A stretch of DNA of 64,000 nucleotides, taken from contig JADJFN010000001.1 of assembly GCA_016708565.1 (NCBI GenBank), positions 412,863 through 476,862 on the forward strand, in the 5' to 3' direction. Within the stretch, counting starts at the first letter, position 1. Each line of letters begins with the position of its first letter. This document shows positions 10,567-21,865 of the stretch, piece by piece. This DNA comes from Myxococcales bacterium. GTDB lineage: Bacteria; Myxococcota_A; Polyangia; Haliangiales; Haliangiaceae. The notes beneath the pieces were generated by a model. The model did not search any database. It saw only the letters and a list, made by a program, of their open reading frames with translations, and was not told the DNA's origin. Both the position numbers and the translations under genes were made by a program.

Positions 10567-11880
10567 CTAGAGTACCTGCGTCACGACGACGCCGGCCGCG
10601 ACCGCCGCGACGACCACCGCGACGATGATCCCGATCAGCAGGCCCTTGCCGCCGCGCTTGTCGTGGACGCCGGTGCGATCCGGCTCGAGCATGCCCGACA
10701 GCCCGTCGACCTCGGCCTTGGGCGGCGGCGCGACCCGGGCGCCGGTCGGCGCCACGCTCTGGCGCCGGCCGTCGGTCGACTCGAGCAGGTCGTTGGTCCA
10801 CGACGACGTGTCGACGAAGTGGCTGGGGTCGAGGCTCTGGGAGCCCTGGCCGGCGGCGGCGGTCGGCTGCTCCTCCTCGCCGACCAGCGAGGTGAGGCGG
10901 TTGACCTCGTCGTTGATGAGCGCGTCGATCAGCGAGGCCTTGGGCTCGGCCGAGCGCTTGCGCATCATCTCGACCTGGGCGTCGCGCACCAGCTGGGCGA
11001 TGTCGCGCGCGGTCACCTTCATGCGCCGCGAGAACAGGTACTGCGACAGCGCGTCGCCGAGGTCGGCGGCGTGGTGGTAGCGGTCCTCGGGGTCGCGGGC
11101 CAGCGCCTTGCGCACCACGCCCTCGAGCTCGGGCTCGACGTCGGGGTTGAGCGCCTGCAGCGATGGCACCCGGGCCTGCCGGACCTGCTCGACCGTCGCG
11201 TAGTCGGTGTCGCCGTAGAACAGGCGCTTGCCGGTGAACAGCTCCCACAAGAGGATGCCCACGGCGAACACGTCGGCGCGGGCGTCGACCTCGAGGCCGC
11301 TGGCCGCCTCGGGCGACAGGTAGCTGAACTTGCCCTTCACCACGCCGGGGTCGGTCGACTCGATCTGGCTGTTGGCCTTGGCCAGGCCGAAGTCCACCAG
11401 CTTCACCTCGCCGTTCTTCGACAGCAGGATGTTCGGCGGCGAGATGTCGCGGTGGACGATGCCGAGCGGCTCGTTGGTCTCGGGGTGCTCGAGCTGGTGG
11501 GCGTACTGCAAGGCCTTGCAGCACTCGATCATCATGTAGATCGCGTGGGCGATCTCGATCTTCTTGCCCTTCTGCCGCTGCCGCTCGATCAGCCCCTTGA
11601 GGTTGCAGCCGTCGACGTACTCCATCACGAGGAAGTACGCGTTGTCGGGCGTCTTCGAGATGTCGAAGACCTGGACGATGTTGGCGTGCTGCAGGAACAG
11701 CGACAGCCGCGCCTCGTCGAGGAACATGCTGACGAACTTCTGGTTCTTCGTCAGGTTCGGCAGGATGCGCTTGATCGCGACCGACTTCTTGAACCCCTCC
11801 ATCGACTCGGCGACGCCGCGGAAGACCTCCGCCATGCCGCCGTGATCCAGGCGTTCGGTGATCGTGTATCGGTCGCGCAT
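10567..11880 (-). CDS. Serine/threonine protein kinase, C-terminally tail-anchored
   Basis: Hanks kinase motifs [22 protein letters not shown] and SPE. A C-terminal hydrophobic helix [24 protein letters not shown] ends the protein. Confidence 0.9.
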   Translation of the reverse strand: MRDRYTITERLDHGGMAEVFRGVAESMEGFKKSVAIKRILPNLTKNQKFVSMFLDEARLSLFLQHANIVQVFDISKTPDNAYFLVMEYVDGCNLKGLIERQRQKGKKIEIAHAIYMMIECCKALQYAHQLEHPETNEPLGIVHRDISPPNILLSKNGEVKLVDFGLAKANSQIESTDPGVVKGKFSYLSPEAASGLEVDARADVFAVGILLWELFTGKRLFYGDTDYATVEQVRQARVPSLQALNPDVEPELEGVVRKALARDPEDRYHHAADLGDALSQYLFSRRMKVTARDIAQLVRDAQVEMMRKRSAEPKASLIDALINDEVNRLTSLVGEEEQPTAAAGQGSQSLDPSHFVDTSSWTNDLLESTDGRRQSVAPTGARVAPPPKAEVDGLSGMLEPDRTGVHDKRGGKGLLIGIIVAVVVAAVAAGVVVTQVL

Positions 11881-11984
11881 CCGAGTGTCGAGACGAATGC
11901 TAGCAGACGATTCGGCTACTTAGCAAACCGGTGCGATCCAGTTGAAACCCCCGCCGTCCAGGGGGCCACCAACCGAGCGTGCCC

Positions 11985-12359
11985 TCACCCCGCCGCCTCG
12001 TCGGACTCGACCTGCTCGCGGGCGGTCTTGCAGTCGAAGCACAGGGTGGTCATCGGGCGGGCCATGAGCCGGCGGAAGCCGATCGGCTCGCTGCACTCCT
12101 CGCACTCGTCGATCTCCCCCGCCTGGAGCCGCTTGATCGCGTCCTGGATCTTGCCGATCAGGAAGTTCTCGCGGTCGTGGAGCCGCAGCTGGGTGGAGTA
12201 CAGCTCCTCCTCCATCGACTCGTCCATCGAGTCCCGCCCGATGCGGTCGCGATCGCGGTCCATCGTGAAGCCGATCGCCGACTGGGCGTTGGCGACCAGG
12301 CGGCCCAGCTCGGCCTCGAGGCGCGTCCGCAGCTCTTCGCTCTCGGTTGCCGTCAGCAT
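11985..12359 (-). CDS. DksA/TraR-family C4 zinc-finger protein
   Basis: Coiled-coil N-terminus and a C4 finger CEECSEPIGFRRLMARPMTTLCFDC. Confidence 0.85.
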   Translation of the reverse strand: MLTATESEELRTRLEAELGRLVANAQSAIGFTMDRDRDRIGRDSMDESMEEELYSTQLRLHDRENFLIGKIQDAIKRLQAGEIDECEECSEPIGFRRLMARPMTTLCFDCKTAREQVESDEAAG

Positions 12360-12532
12360 GGCCCTAGTCTATGGACCGGCGCGCGCGGGCGTCAATCGCC
12401 CGGGGGCGCGCGCCGCGGGAGTGGGCTGGCGCCGTCGTGGAGGCCCTTGACGCGCGCGCGAAATGAACCTCCGGGCCTGGCCGTTCGTTCAACCAGCGAG
12501 CGGACGCGCCGCGCCCGCCGCCAGGAGTCTCC

Positions 12533-14860
12533 GTGACCTCCATTCGCCGCTACCAGCTCGCCTGCGCCGTCCTCGCCGCCTCCACCGTCGCCGCCCTGGC
12601 GTGGCCCCGCGCGACCGCGCCGGCCCCCGGGCGCGCCGCGCGGCCCGCCATCAAGGGGCGCGCCGCCGCCCAGGATCTGCGCCGCCCGCTGCGGGTGAGC
12701 GCCGCCGCGGTCGGCCTGTCGGAGCGCGAGCTGATCGAGAAGCTGCTCGCGGCGCGCACGCTGCAAGAGGTGCAGATCTACGCCGACAAGCTGGGCGCGG
12801 TCGGCACCGACGACGGCGTCGACGCGCTGGCGTCGTTGGCCGACGACCCGCGGATGGCGGTGCCCGAGGCCGCGATCGCGGCGATCGGCAAGATCGGCAG
12901 CGAGCGCGCGGTGGCCACGCTGGCCGAGCTGACCGACGACGCCCGCCCGCGCATCCGCGGCGCGGCGCTGACCGCGCTGGCCGACGCCGGCGGCGGCGCC
13001 GCCGCGGACATCCTGCTCGCGGTGGCCGCCGATCGCGGCGACCCGCTGCGCGCGACCGCGGTGTACGCGCTGGGCACGCTGGGCGGCGACACCGCCGCCG
13101 ACGCGCTGGCCCGGATCGCCACCACCAGCGACATCGACACCGCGCAGGCCGCGGTCTACGCGCTGACCCAGATCCCCAGCGACCACGCCCAGCGGTTGCT
13201 GGCGGCGATGATCGACAGCGGCGACGCGCGCATCCGCACCCAGGCGCTGGCCAACCTGCGCCCGGTCGACGCGGCGACGGTGGCCAAGGTGGTGGCGCTG
13301 CTCGGCAGCGGCGACCCCGGCGTGGTGTCGTCGGCGGTCGCGGCGCTGGCCCGCACCGGCGACCCCGCGCACCTGCCGACGATCGTCGAGGTCGCCGCCC
13401 ACGGGCCGCCCGGCGCGCGCTACGCGGCGGTGGCGGCGATCGGCGAGCTGGGCGGCCCCGCGGCGGTCAAGGCGCTCGGGAGCTTGCTCGCGAGCGGCGA
13501 CCGCAACCTGGTCGGCACCGTGGCCCAGACGCTGGTCAACCTCGGCGACGACGAGGCCCGCAAGCTGCTGATCGCCGCCGCGCTGGCCGGCGGGCCGGCG
13601 TCGAGCCAGGTGATCGGCGCGCTGACCCAGCTGCGCAGCCCGGACGTCACCGAGGCGATGCGCGAGATCGCGCGCCACGGCAGCGCGGCCGACCGGCGCG
13701 CGGTGCTGCCGCAGCTGGTGAAGAGCGGCGATCCCGACGCGCTGGCGATCGCGATCGGCATGGCGACGTCGGGCAGCCGGCAGGACAAGGCCGAGGCGAT
13801 CACGATGCTGGCCGGCGCCGGCGCGCCCGAGGCCAAGGGCGCGCTCCTGGCGATCGCCGAGGGCAGCCACGGCGCCACCCGCAGCCAGGCGCTCGACGCG
13901 CTGGCCAACTCCGATCCCAGCGACCCCGCGGTCGCGCAGCTCCTGGCCGACTCGCTGTTCTCGGGCCGCGCCGACGAGGCGCAGAGCGCGGCGTGGGTGC
14001 TGGGCCGGATCGGCACCGACGACGCGCGCGAGGCGCTGGTGGCCGCGCTCAAGGACGACGATCTCACCGTCGCCAACGCGGCGATGAGCGCGCTCGGGCA
14101 GCTCGGCTCGCCGGCCGACGTGCGCGCGGCGCTGGCCGACGTGGCGCGCACCGGCAAGCCCGAGCTGCGCGGCCAGGCGCTGGCCCAGCTGATGGGCACC
14201 GGCGCGCCCGAGGCGCTGGCGCTGGCCGAGCAGGCGCTGCGCGGCGATGATCCCGACCTGGCGCGCAACGTCGCCTACTCGCTGTCCAACCTGGGCGGCG
14301 CCGACGCCCAGCGCCTGCTCGCGGTGGCGGCGCGGTCGAGCGACCCGTCGGTGCGCGCGGCCTCGGTGGGCGCGCTGGTGCAGGCCGGCGACGACGCCGC
14401 GACCGACGCGCTCTTGACGCTGACCCGCGACAGCGATCCGTCGGTGAAGGCCCAGGCGCTGGCGTCGCTGGGCCAGGTCGGCTCGGCGCGCGCGGTCGAC
14501 GCGCTGGTGTCGGCGGCCGGCGGCGGCGCGGCCGAGGATCGCATCGCCGCGCTGCAGGGCCTGGGCAACGTCGACGACCCGCGGGCGTCGGCGACGCTGG
14601 CCCGCGCCATCGAGGAGCGCGACGACGGCGTCGCCACCGCGGCGATCTGGGCCGCGTACAACGGCGGCGACGACGTCGACCAGGCGCTGCTGCGCGCGTT
14701 CACCAACCCGGCGGCGTCCGACGCGATCCGCAACGCCGCCGGCCAGCAGATCCGGTCGCGCGGCCTCGACGTCGACGACGCCACCCGCGCCAAGCTCGAC
14801 GCGCTGCTCGGCCCGGGCGGCTACGGCGGCTACGGCTACGGCGGGTACGGCGGCGAGTAG
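12533..14860 (+). CDS. Secreted HEAT-repeat (PBS-lyase-like) protein with Gly/Tyr-rich C-terminal tail
   Basis: Signal peptide, then more than 15 HEAT-like repeats (DPxxRxxAxxALGxIG). The protein ends GPGGYGGYGYGGYGGE. Confidence 0.8.
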   Translation: MTSIRRYQLACAVLAASTVAALAWPRATAPAPGRAARPAIKGRAAAQDLRRPLRVSAAAVGLSERELIEKLLAARTLQEVQIYADKLGAVGTDDGVDALASLADDPRMAVPEAAIAAIGKIGSERAVATLAELTDDARPRIRGAALTALADAGGGAAADILLAVAADRGDPLRATAVYALGTLGGDTAADALARIATTSDIDTAQAAVYALTQIPSDHAQRLLAAMIDSGDARIRTQALANLRPVDAATVAKVVALLGSGDPGVVSSAVAALARTGDPAHLPTIVEVAAHGPPGARYAAVAAIGELGGPAAVKALGSLLASGDRNLVGTVAQTLVNLGDDEARKLLIAAALAGGPASSQVIGALTQLRSPDVTEAMREIARHGSAADRRAVLPQLVKSGDPDALAIAIGMATSGSRQDKAEAITMLAGAGAPEAKGALLAIAEGSHGATRSQALDALANSDPSDPAVAQLLADSLFSGRADEAQSAAWVLGRIGTDDAREALVAALKDDDLTVANAAMSALGQLGSPADVRAALADVARTGKPELRGQALAQLMGTGAPEALALAEQALRGDDPDLARNVAYSLSNLGGADAQRLLAVAARSSDPSVRAASVGALVQAGDDAATDALLTLTRDSDPSVKAQALASLGQVGSARAVDALVSAAGGGAAEDRIAALQGLGNVDDPRASATLARAIEERDDGVATAAIWAAYNGGDDVDQALLRAFTNPAASDAIRNAAGQQIRSRGLDVDDATRAKLDALLGPGGYGGYGYGGYGGE

Positions 14861-14864
14861 CTGG

Positions 14865-15278
14865 TCACTCGTCGTCGGCGTCGAGCTCGTCGACCTCGTC
14901 GGTCACCGCCGCGGCGTGCGGGAACAGCGGCCCGCGCGCCTCGCGGTTCACCAGGCCCAGGCCCGCGCAGCCGCGCGCGGCCGCCGGATCCGGCGCGCCG
15001 CTCACGCAGGTCCTCGCCAGCGGCCCCAGCCCCGGCCGCTGGCACAGATCGATCACCTCCACCGCGAACCGCAGCACCTCGCCCTGCTGCGCCGCCGGCG
15101 CGCCCGCCACCCACCGCTCCGCCGCCCGCGCCACCGCCCGACACCCGTTGTCCTTCGCCGGCGCCGCCGCCCGCCCCCCGCACCCCGCGAGCAGCACGGC
15201 GATCGCGATGCCTCGTCGAACGGCCACGAACCTGATCCGGCGTTGACGCAACGAATCTCGCTCGAACCTCGCGCGCAT
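14865..15278 (-). CDS. Small Cys-containing lipoprotein with acidic tail
   Basis: Lipobox LLAGCGG, five further Cys, C-terminal DEVDELDADDE. High GC3. Confidence 0.6.
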   Translation of the reverse strand: MRARFERDSLRQRRIRFVAVRRGIAIAVLLAGCGGRAAAPAKDNGCRAVARAAERWVAGAPAAQQGEVLRFAVEVIDLCQRPGLGPLARTCVSGAPDPAAARGCAGLGLVNREARGPLFPHAAAVTDEVDELDADDE

Positions 15279-15297
15279 CGATCAACCTGCCGTGCCC

Positions 15298-15364
15298 ACG
15301 CTCCGGGCCGTTTTGGGAGGGGGCCCCGGCGAATGCCGGGGGAGGGTCTTTGCGAAAGACCCTC
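15298..15364. repeat. Composite GC-rich palindromic element downstream of clpX
   Basis: acgctccgggccgttttgggagggggccccgg (31/32 identical to 10531-10562), then hairpins ccccggc-gaat-gccgggg and gagggtcttt-gcg-aaagaccctc. Confidence 0.6.
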
Positions 15365-15376
15365 GTCTCAATACGC

Positions 15377-16585
<1,209 letters not shown>

Positions 16586-16636
16586 CCGGGTCCGATTCTT
16601 ACATGCCTTCCGCCGACGGCAACAGGGGTTGTGGCT

Positions 16637-16655
16637 CTTGACGCGCCGGGTCAAG
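16637..16655. promoter_or_regulatory. Palindrome CTTGAC-gcgccgg-GTCAAG in the clpX / OmpR-like regulator divergent intergenic region
   Basis: Provides TTGACG on the plus strand and TTGACC on the minus strand: candidate overlapping divergent -35 boxes or an operator. Confidence 0.35.
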
Positions 16656-16674
16656 CAGGTGATCACTTGCTCCC

Positions 16675-17370
16675 GTGCGTGCGCTGGTGATCTGCGCCGA
16701 GCCGGCGACGAGTCGCGACGACCGGGCTTCATTGGCGGCCGCGTTGGCCGATCTCGGCAGCCCGGTGACGTTGGCGAGGTTCGATCTGGGCGATCTCGAC
16801 ACCGCCGCGCTCGCGGCCGCGCCACCGACGGTGATCGTGATCGATGCTGGCGACGAGCTGGCGCGGGCGCTGCGCACGGTGAAGAAGGTTCGGAGCGGCG
16901 GCGCCCTGGCCGAGGTGCCGATCCTGGTGGCGCTGCCGGTGGCCCGGCTGCCCGGGCTGGACGTCTCGGCGGGCTTCGACGACTTCGTGCTCACCCCGCT
17001 CGTCCCCGCCGAACTGTACGCGCGGGTACGCCAGCTCGACTGGCGGGCCGCCGCCTTCGACTCCGACGAGCTGGTGAAGATCGACGACCTGGTGATCGAC
17101 CTGGCCGGCCACGAGGCCCGGCTGGCCGGGCGCGGGCTCGGCCTGACCCACCAGGAGTTCGAGCTGCTGGCCTACCTGGCCCAGCACCGCGGGCGGGCGT
17201 TCACGCGCGATCAGCTCCTCGAGACGGTCTGGGGCTACACGTACACCGGGGGCACGCGCACCGTCGACATCCATGTGCGCCGGCTGCGCGCCAAGCTCGG
17301 CCCCAGCGCCGGCGACCTGATCGAGACGGTCCGCAACCTCGGCTACAAGATGCGGTCCCGCGGCCGCTGA
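16675..17370 (+). CDS. OmpR-family winged-helix regulator with atypical/degenerate receiver domain
   Basis: GTG start. C-terminal trans_reg_C pattern ([31 protein letters not shown]...[13 protein letters not shown]). The N-terminal receiver lacks a clear phospho-Asp context. Confidence 0.8.
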   Translation: MRALVICAEPATSRDDRASLAAALADLGSPVTLARFDLGDLDTAALAAAPPTVIVIDAGDELARALRTVKKVRSGGALAEVPILVALPVARLPGLDVSAGFDDFVLTPLVPAELYARVRQLDWRAAAFDSDELVKIDDLVIDLAGHEARLAGRGLGLTHQEFELLAYLAQHRGRAFTRDQLLETVWGYTYTGGTRTVDIHVRRLRAKLGPSAGDLIETVRNLGYKMRSRGR

Positions 17371-17437
17371 CCGCGCGGCCGGCGCCGACACGTATTACTA
17401 TCGGCGCGATGACGACACCCGCTGCCGCGGAGCTGCC

Positions 17438-18634
17438 GTGAGGGCGTCGATCGTGGCCGCGGTGTCGACCCACGTCGGCAACGTGCGCGATCACAACGAG
17501 GACGCGCACCTGGTCGCCGCCGACGACGGCATCTTCATCGTCTGCGACGGCATGGGCGGCCACGCCGCCGGCGAGGTGGCCTCGGCGCTCGGCGTGCGGG
17601 TGACCCGCGAGCACTGGCTGGGGCCGGCGGTGCAGCGGGCCGCGGCGGCGTGGCTGGCCTCGGGCACGCTCGACAACCGCCGCGCGTTCCTGTCGGCGGT
17701 GAAGGGCGGCGTGATGGCGGCGCACCGCACGATCTGCGAGCAGGCGGCGGCCGACACCGGCAAGCAGGGCATGGGCACGACGTTCACCGGCTGCGTGGTG
17801 GCCGGCGGCGACGCGGTGATCGCCCACGCCGGCGACTCGCGCGCGTACCTGGTGCGCGGCGGCATCGCGATGCAGCTGACCGAGGATCACACGCTCCTGG
17901 CCCGGCTGCTGGCCTCGGGCATGCCGATCTCCGAGGGCGCGTCGAGCGCGCGGTGGAAGGGCGTCATCACCAACGCGCTCGGCTTCGGCGACGACACCAA
18001 GGTGGTGACGTTCCTGGTGCCGCTGTCGGACGGCGATCGCCTGCTGCTCTGCTCCGACGGCATCAGCGAGTACGTCGGCGAGGCCGAGGTCGGGCAGGTG
18101 CTGGTGGCGATGCCCAGCCCCGCGCGCGCGGCGCAGCGGCTGGTCGAGCTGGCGCTCGAGCGCGGCGGCGAGGACAACGCGACCGCGCTGGTGATCAAGG
18201 TGGTCGAGGTCGGCGAGACGCCGATCCCGGCGGCCCAGCGCCAGCTCGACGCCGACACGCTGGCGCGCTGCCCGCTGTTCGAGCCGCTGTCGCCGCAGCA
18301 GCGGCTGCGCGCCGCGCGGATCGCGGTCAACCGCGACGTCTCGGCCGGCGAGGTGCTGCCCGAGGCGGCGCTCGGCAGCCGGGTGGCGTGGGTGCTGCTC
18401 GCCGGCGAGGCGGTGGTCGGCGGCGTCGCCGTCGGCCCCGGCACCTTGCTCTACCCCGAGGCCCTGCTCGGCCAGGGCAGCCCGCGGCGCGCCGACGCAC
18501 TGGCGGTCGCCGTCGACGACGTCCGGGTGCTGGCGATCCGCGGCGACGACTTCGCCGAGCTGGCCGGCGAGGACGCCGACCTCGCCGAGCCGATGTACGC
18601 CGCGCTGGCCCGGCTGGTCGCGCCGCCGGCGTAG
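17438..18634 (+). CDS. PP2C-family Ser/Thr phosphatase fused to a cyclic-nucleotide-binding domain
   Basis: GTG start. PP2C motifs (DAHLVAADDGIFIVCDGMGGHAAGEVAS; DSRAYLVRGG; CSDGISE; GGEDNATALV). The C-terminal 130 aa are cNMP-binding-like (LFEPLSPQQ...GEVL). Confidence 0.85.
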   Translation: MRASIVAAVSTHVGNVRDHNEDAHLVAADDGIFIVCDGMGGHAAGEVASALGVRVTREHWLGPAVQRAAAAWLASGTLDNRRAFLSAVKGGVMAAHRTICEQAAADTGKQGMGTTFTGCVVAGGDAVIAHAGDSRAYLVRGGIAMQLTEDHTLLARLLASGMPISEGASSARWKGVITNALGFGDDTKVVTFLVPLSDGDRLLLCSDGISEYVGEAEVGQVLVAMPSPARAAQRLVELALERGGEDNATALVIKVVEVGETPIPAAQRQLDADTLARCPLFEPLSPQQRLRAARIAVNRDVSAGEVLPEAALGSRVAWVLLAGEAVVGGVAVGPGTLLYPEALLGQGSPRRADALAVAVDDVRVLAIRGDDFAELAGEDADLAEPMYAALARLVAPPA

Positions 18635-18637
18635 ACG

Positions 18638-19471
18638 CTACGGGCGCTGGTAGTCGACCAGATCGATCGTCACGTCGCCCAGCTCGGTGCCGGCGACGAT
18701 GCGGAACGGCACCCGGTCGGCGTCGTCGGACATCCACACCGAGAACGTGCGCGGCGGCCGGTTGCTGTCGACCGTGAGGTTGGCGAATGCGCGGCTGGCG
18801 ACGCCGTCGATGCGCAGCGCCGCCTGGTTGCCGCCGTAGGTGCCGATGACCTCGGTGCGGCCCATCGTCAGCTCGACCTTCCAGATCCGGCGGCCGCCGA
18901 GCACCCACATCGTGCGCTGGGCGCCGGCCGCGGCCTGCCACACCCGCATCGTCGCCATCGCGCTGTGGGCGTCGTGGGCGACCGCCGCGCCGAAGTCGTA
19001 GACCAGGTGCTGCGGCGGGCCGTCGTTGGGGCGGAAGTCGATCTCGGCCTTGGCGCCGGTGAAGCGGGTCTCGGCGGCGTAGTCGCGCGGGTTGGCGCGG
19101 ACCGCCGAGGTGGTGGACAGCGGCCGCAGCGCCCCGACGTCGAGCACGGTGGTGGCCTCGTCGCGGACGTCCTTGACCAGCGCCAGCGCGCCGGCCGAGC
19201 GGATGCTCGAGGTCAGCGTCGCGGTCTGGGCCGGGCCCTGCTGCGCCAGCGCCACCGTCGAGAACGTGGCCTCGCCGGCCAGCACGCCGGCCACCCGCAC
19301 CTCGAACCGCATCTGCTCGCCGGCGTGGATCGCGACCAGCGGGTCGGCGGGCACCTCGGTGGCCGCGGCGCCGACCTCGGGCGGCCCGCTGGGATCGGCC
19401 AGCTCGCCGAGGCCGCCGCCGCACGCGGTGGCGGCGGCGAACAGCAGGGCGGCGGCGCGGCGCATGTCCAT
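18638..19471 (-). CDS. DUF3108-like lipoprotein
   Basis: MDMRRAAALLFAAATACGGG has a lipobox. Beta-rich with a DUF3108-like pattern. Start could be 19471 or 19465. Confidence 0.65.
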   Translation of the reverse strand: MDMRRAAALLFAAATACGGGLGELADPSGPPEVGAAATEVPADPLVAIHAGEQMRFEVRVAGVLAGEATFSTVALAQQGPAQTATLTSSIRSAGALALVKDVRDEATTVLDVGALRPLSTTSAVRANPRDYAAETRFTGAKAEIDFRPNDGPPQHLVYDFGAAVAHDAHSAMATMRVWQAAAGAQRTMWVLGGRRIWKVELTMGRTEVIGTYGGNQAALRIDGVASRAFANLTVDSNRPPRTFSVWMSDDADRVPFRIVAGTELGDVTIDLVDYQRP

Positions 19472-19536
19472 AGCTTGATCGACGTTGGGCCGGCGCACCA
19501 TGTTCAAACGCCGGCGCCGCGGTATCGTGACCGACG

Positions 19537-20487
19537 ATGGCGATCGGGATCACGCTCGGCGATCCGGCGGGCATCGGCCCCGAGGTGGTGGCGGCGGCCC
19601 TGGCCGCCGCCCCAGCCGCGCTGCGGGAGCAGGCGATCGTCTTCGGCGATCCCGAGGTGCTGGCCCGCGGCGCCCGGGCCATGGGGGTCTCGGTCGCCGT
19701 GCGGTGCGAGGGCGCGCCGTGTCCGGGCGCGGTGCCGGGGCAGCCCGACGCGCACACCGGCGCGGCGCAGGTGACGTGGCTCGAGGCCGCGATCGCCGCC
19801 GCGCAGGCCGGGCGGGTCGACGCGCTGGTCACCGCGCCGATCTCCAAGACCTGGGCCAAGCGCGCCGGCTTCGCGTTCCCGGGGCACACCGAGCTCCTGG
19901 CCGCGCGGTTCGGCGTCGCCGAGGTGGCGATGACCTTCGTCGGGCCGCGGCTGGTGGTCGCGCTGGCCACGGTGCACGTGCCGCTGGCCACCGTGCCCGG
20001 CGCGCTCACCGTCCCGCGGATCGTCGCCACCGGGACGCTCCTGGCCGAGGCCCTGGCCCGCGACCTGGGCCGCCCGGCGCCGGTCCGGCTGGGCGTGGTC
20101 GGCCTCAACCCCCACGCCGGCGAGGGCGGTCTGCTCGGCGACGACGAGGGCCGGGTGATCGCGCCGGCGGTCGCCGCGCTGGCCGCCGCGCTGGGCGACC
20201 GCGCGATCGTCAGCGGGCCGCTGGTCCCCGACGCCGCGTTCCGCGACGCCGTCGACGGGCGCTACCACGGGCTGGTCGCGATGTACCACGACCAGGCGTT
20301 GATCCCGGTGAAGCTCGTCGACTTCGAGCACGCCGTCAACGTGACGCTCGGGCTGCCGATCGTCCGCACCTCGCCCGACCACGGCACCGCGTACGATCTG
20401 GCGGGCACCGGCCGGGCGCGGCCGGCGTCGACGCTGGCCGCGCTCGAGCTGGCCGCGGCGATGCGCGCGGCGCGGGGCGGGCGGTGA
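19537..20487 (+). CDS. pdxA: 4-hydroxythreonine-4-phosphate dehydrogenase PdxA
   Basis: MAIGITLGDPAGIGPE, GHTE, NPHAGEGG and HDQALIP motifs. Confidence 0.9.
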   Translation: MAIGITLGDPAGIGPEVVAAALAAAPAALREQAIVFGDPEVLARGARAMGVSVAVRCEGAPCPGAVPGQPDAHTGAAQVTWLEAAIAAAQAGRVDALVTAPISKTWAKRAGFAFPGHTELLAARFGVAEVAMTFVGPRLVVALATVHVPLATVPGALTVPRIVATGTLLAEALARDLGRPAPVRLGVVGLNPHAGEGGLLGDDEGRVIAPAVAALAAALGDRAIVSGPLVPDAAFRDAVDGRYHGLVAMYHDQALIPVKLVDFEHAVNVTLGLPIVRTSPDHGTAYDLAGTGRARPASTLAALELAAAMRAARGGR

Positions 20488-21812
20488 ATCGCGCGACGCT
20501 GGCGCTGACGCTGACGCTGGCGGCGTCGACCGCGCTCGCCGCGCCGCCGCCGACGACCACGGCGCCCGCCGCGCCCGCCGCGCCCACCGCGCCCACGCCG
20601 ACCACGCTCGGCTGGCCCGCCGACACCACCGCCGTCAGCGTCACGCGCACCAGCCACGTGCGCGTGGCCCCCGACGCCAAGGCCGCGCCGCTCGGCAAGA
20701 TCGTCGCCGGCACCCGGGTCGCGTGGACCGCGCTGGTCGCCGGCGATCGGCGCTGTCCGGTCTGGGTCGCCATCGCGCCGGCCGGCTACCTGTGCGCCGA
20801 CGTGCTGACCCCGACGACCGAGCCGCCCGGCGGCGTCGCGCAGCCGCCGCTGGCGCCGGGCGCGCTCTTGCCGGGCGACTACTTCGACGTGGTGGCCGAC
20901 GACACGCCGGCCTACCGCGACGCCACGGCGCTCGAGCGAGACGACCCGCCGATCCTGCTGTCGACCCACGTCATGGTGCGCGGGCGCGGCGAGGTCGAGG
21001 TCGGCGGCATGGACTACGTGCGCACCAACAAGGGCCTGGTGCCGGCGTCCGAGCTGCGGCCGCTGGCGCCCTCGGGGTTCGTCGGCCTCGATCTGCGCGC
21101 GGCGCCGGCGCCGTGGCCGATGGCGTTCGTCGCGCCCGATCACCCGGCGGTCGTGCGCGCGGCGCCGGCGCGCGACGCGGCGGTGCTCGAGCAGCGCCCG
21201 GCGCGCGCGGTGGTGTGGGTGAAGCAGCGGGCCGGCGACTGGATCGAGATCGCCGCCGGCGCGTGGGTGCGCGCCCGCGAGCTGCGGCCGGTGATCGCTG
21301 CACCGCCGCCGGCCGGCCTGGCCGCCGACGCGCCGTGGATCGACATCGACCTCGAGCACCAGACGCTGGTCGCCTACCAGGGCGCGCGGCCGGTGTACGT
21401 GACGCTGGTGTCGACCGGGCGCAAGGCCGGCACCACGCCGGTCGGCGTGTACCGCGTCGTCGCCAAGGCCGCGACCACCGGCATGGCCGCCGAGGCCGAC
21501 GAGCGCAACCAGTACGACGTCGGCGAGGTGCCGTGGGCGCTGCGCTGGAAGCGCGGCCTCTACCTGCACGCCGCGTACTGGCACGATCGCTTCGGCGACA
21601 AGAAGAGCCACGGCTGCGTCAACCTCGCGCCGCGCGACGCCCGCGCCCTCTACGAGTGGGCCACGCCGGCCTTGCCGCCCGGCTGGTCCGAGGTCGAGGT
21701 GCCCCTCGATCAGGCGCTGGTCGTGCGCATCCGCGACGCCGCCCACCCCGACCCGCCGTGGTTCGACTACGCCACGGAGCGCCCCGCGAAGAAGGCCCGC
21801 CGAAAGCGGTAG
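20484..21812 (+). CDS. L,D-transpeptidase (YkuD domain) with N-terminal secreted domain
   Basis: GTG start overlapping the pdxA stop (GTGA). Signal peptide. Catalytic motif HGCVNLAPRDARALYEW near the C-terminus. Confidence 0.85.
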   Translation: MNRATLALTLTLAASTALAAPPPTTTAPAAPAAPTAPTPTTLGWPADTTAVSVTRTSHVRVAPDAKAAPLGKIVAGTRVAWTALVAGDRRCPVWVAIAPAGYLCADVLTPTTEPPGGVAQPPLAPGALLPGDYFDVVADDTPAYRDATALERDDPPILLSTHVMVRGRGEVEVGGMDYVRTNKGLVPASELRPLAPSGFVGLDLRAAPAPWPMAFVAPDHPAVVRAAPARDAAVLEQRPARAVVWVKQRAGDWIEIAAGAWVRARELRPVIAAPPPAGLAADAPWIDIDLEHQTLVAYQGARPVYVTLVSTGRKAGTTPVGVYRVVAKAATTGMAAEADERNQYDVGEVPWALRWKRGLYLHAAYWHDRFGDKKSHGCVNLAPRDARALYEWATPALPPGWSEVEVPLDQALVVRIRDAAHPDPPWFDYATERPAKKARRKR

Positions 21813-21865
21813 CCGCAAGCGGAGCCGGAGCCGTGGCCGCGGATCCGTGGCCGCTCTTGTGGGGG

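Noticed and set aside
8153-10570. 805-aa plus-strand ORF overlapping the TPR gene in another frame
   Set aside because: RG-rich nonsense translation; the TPR frame shows repeat structure and proper codon bias.
12392-14250. Large ORFs (12392..13870 minus, 12463..14250 plus) overlapping the HEAT-repeat gene
   Set aside because: Alternative frames of the HEAT gene; translations lack domain signatures.
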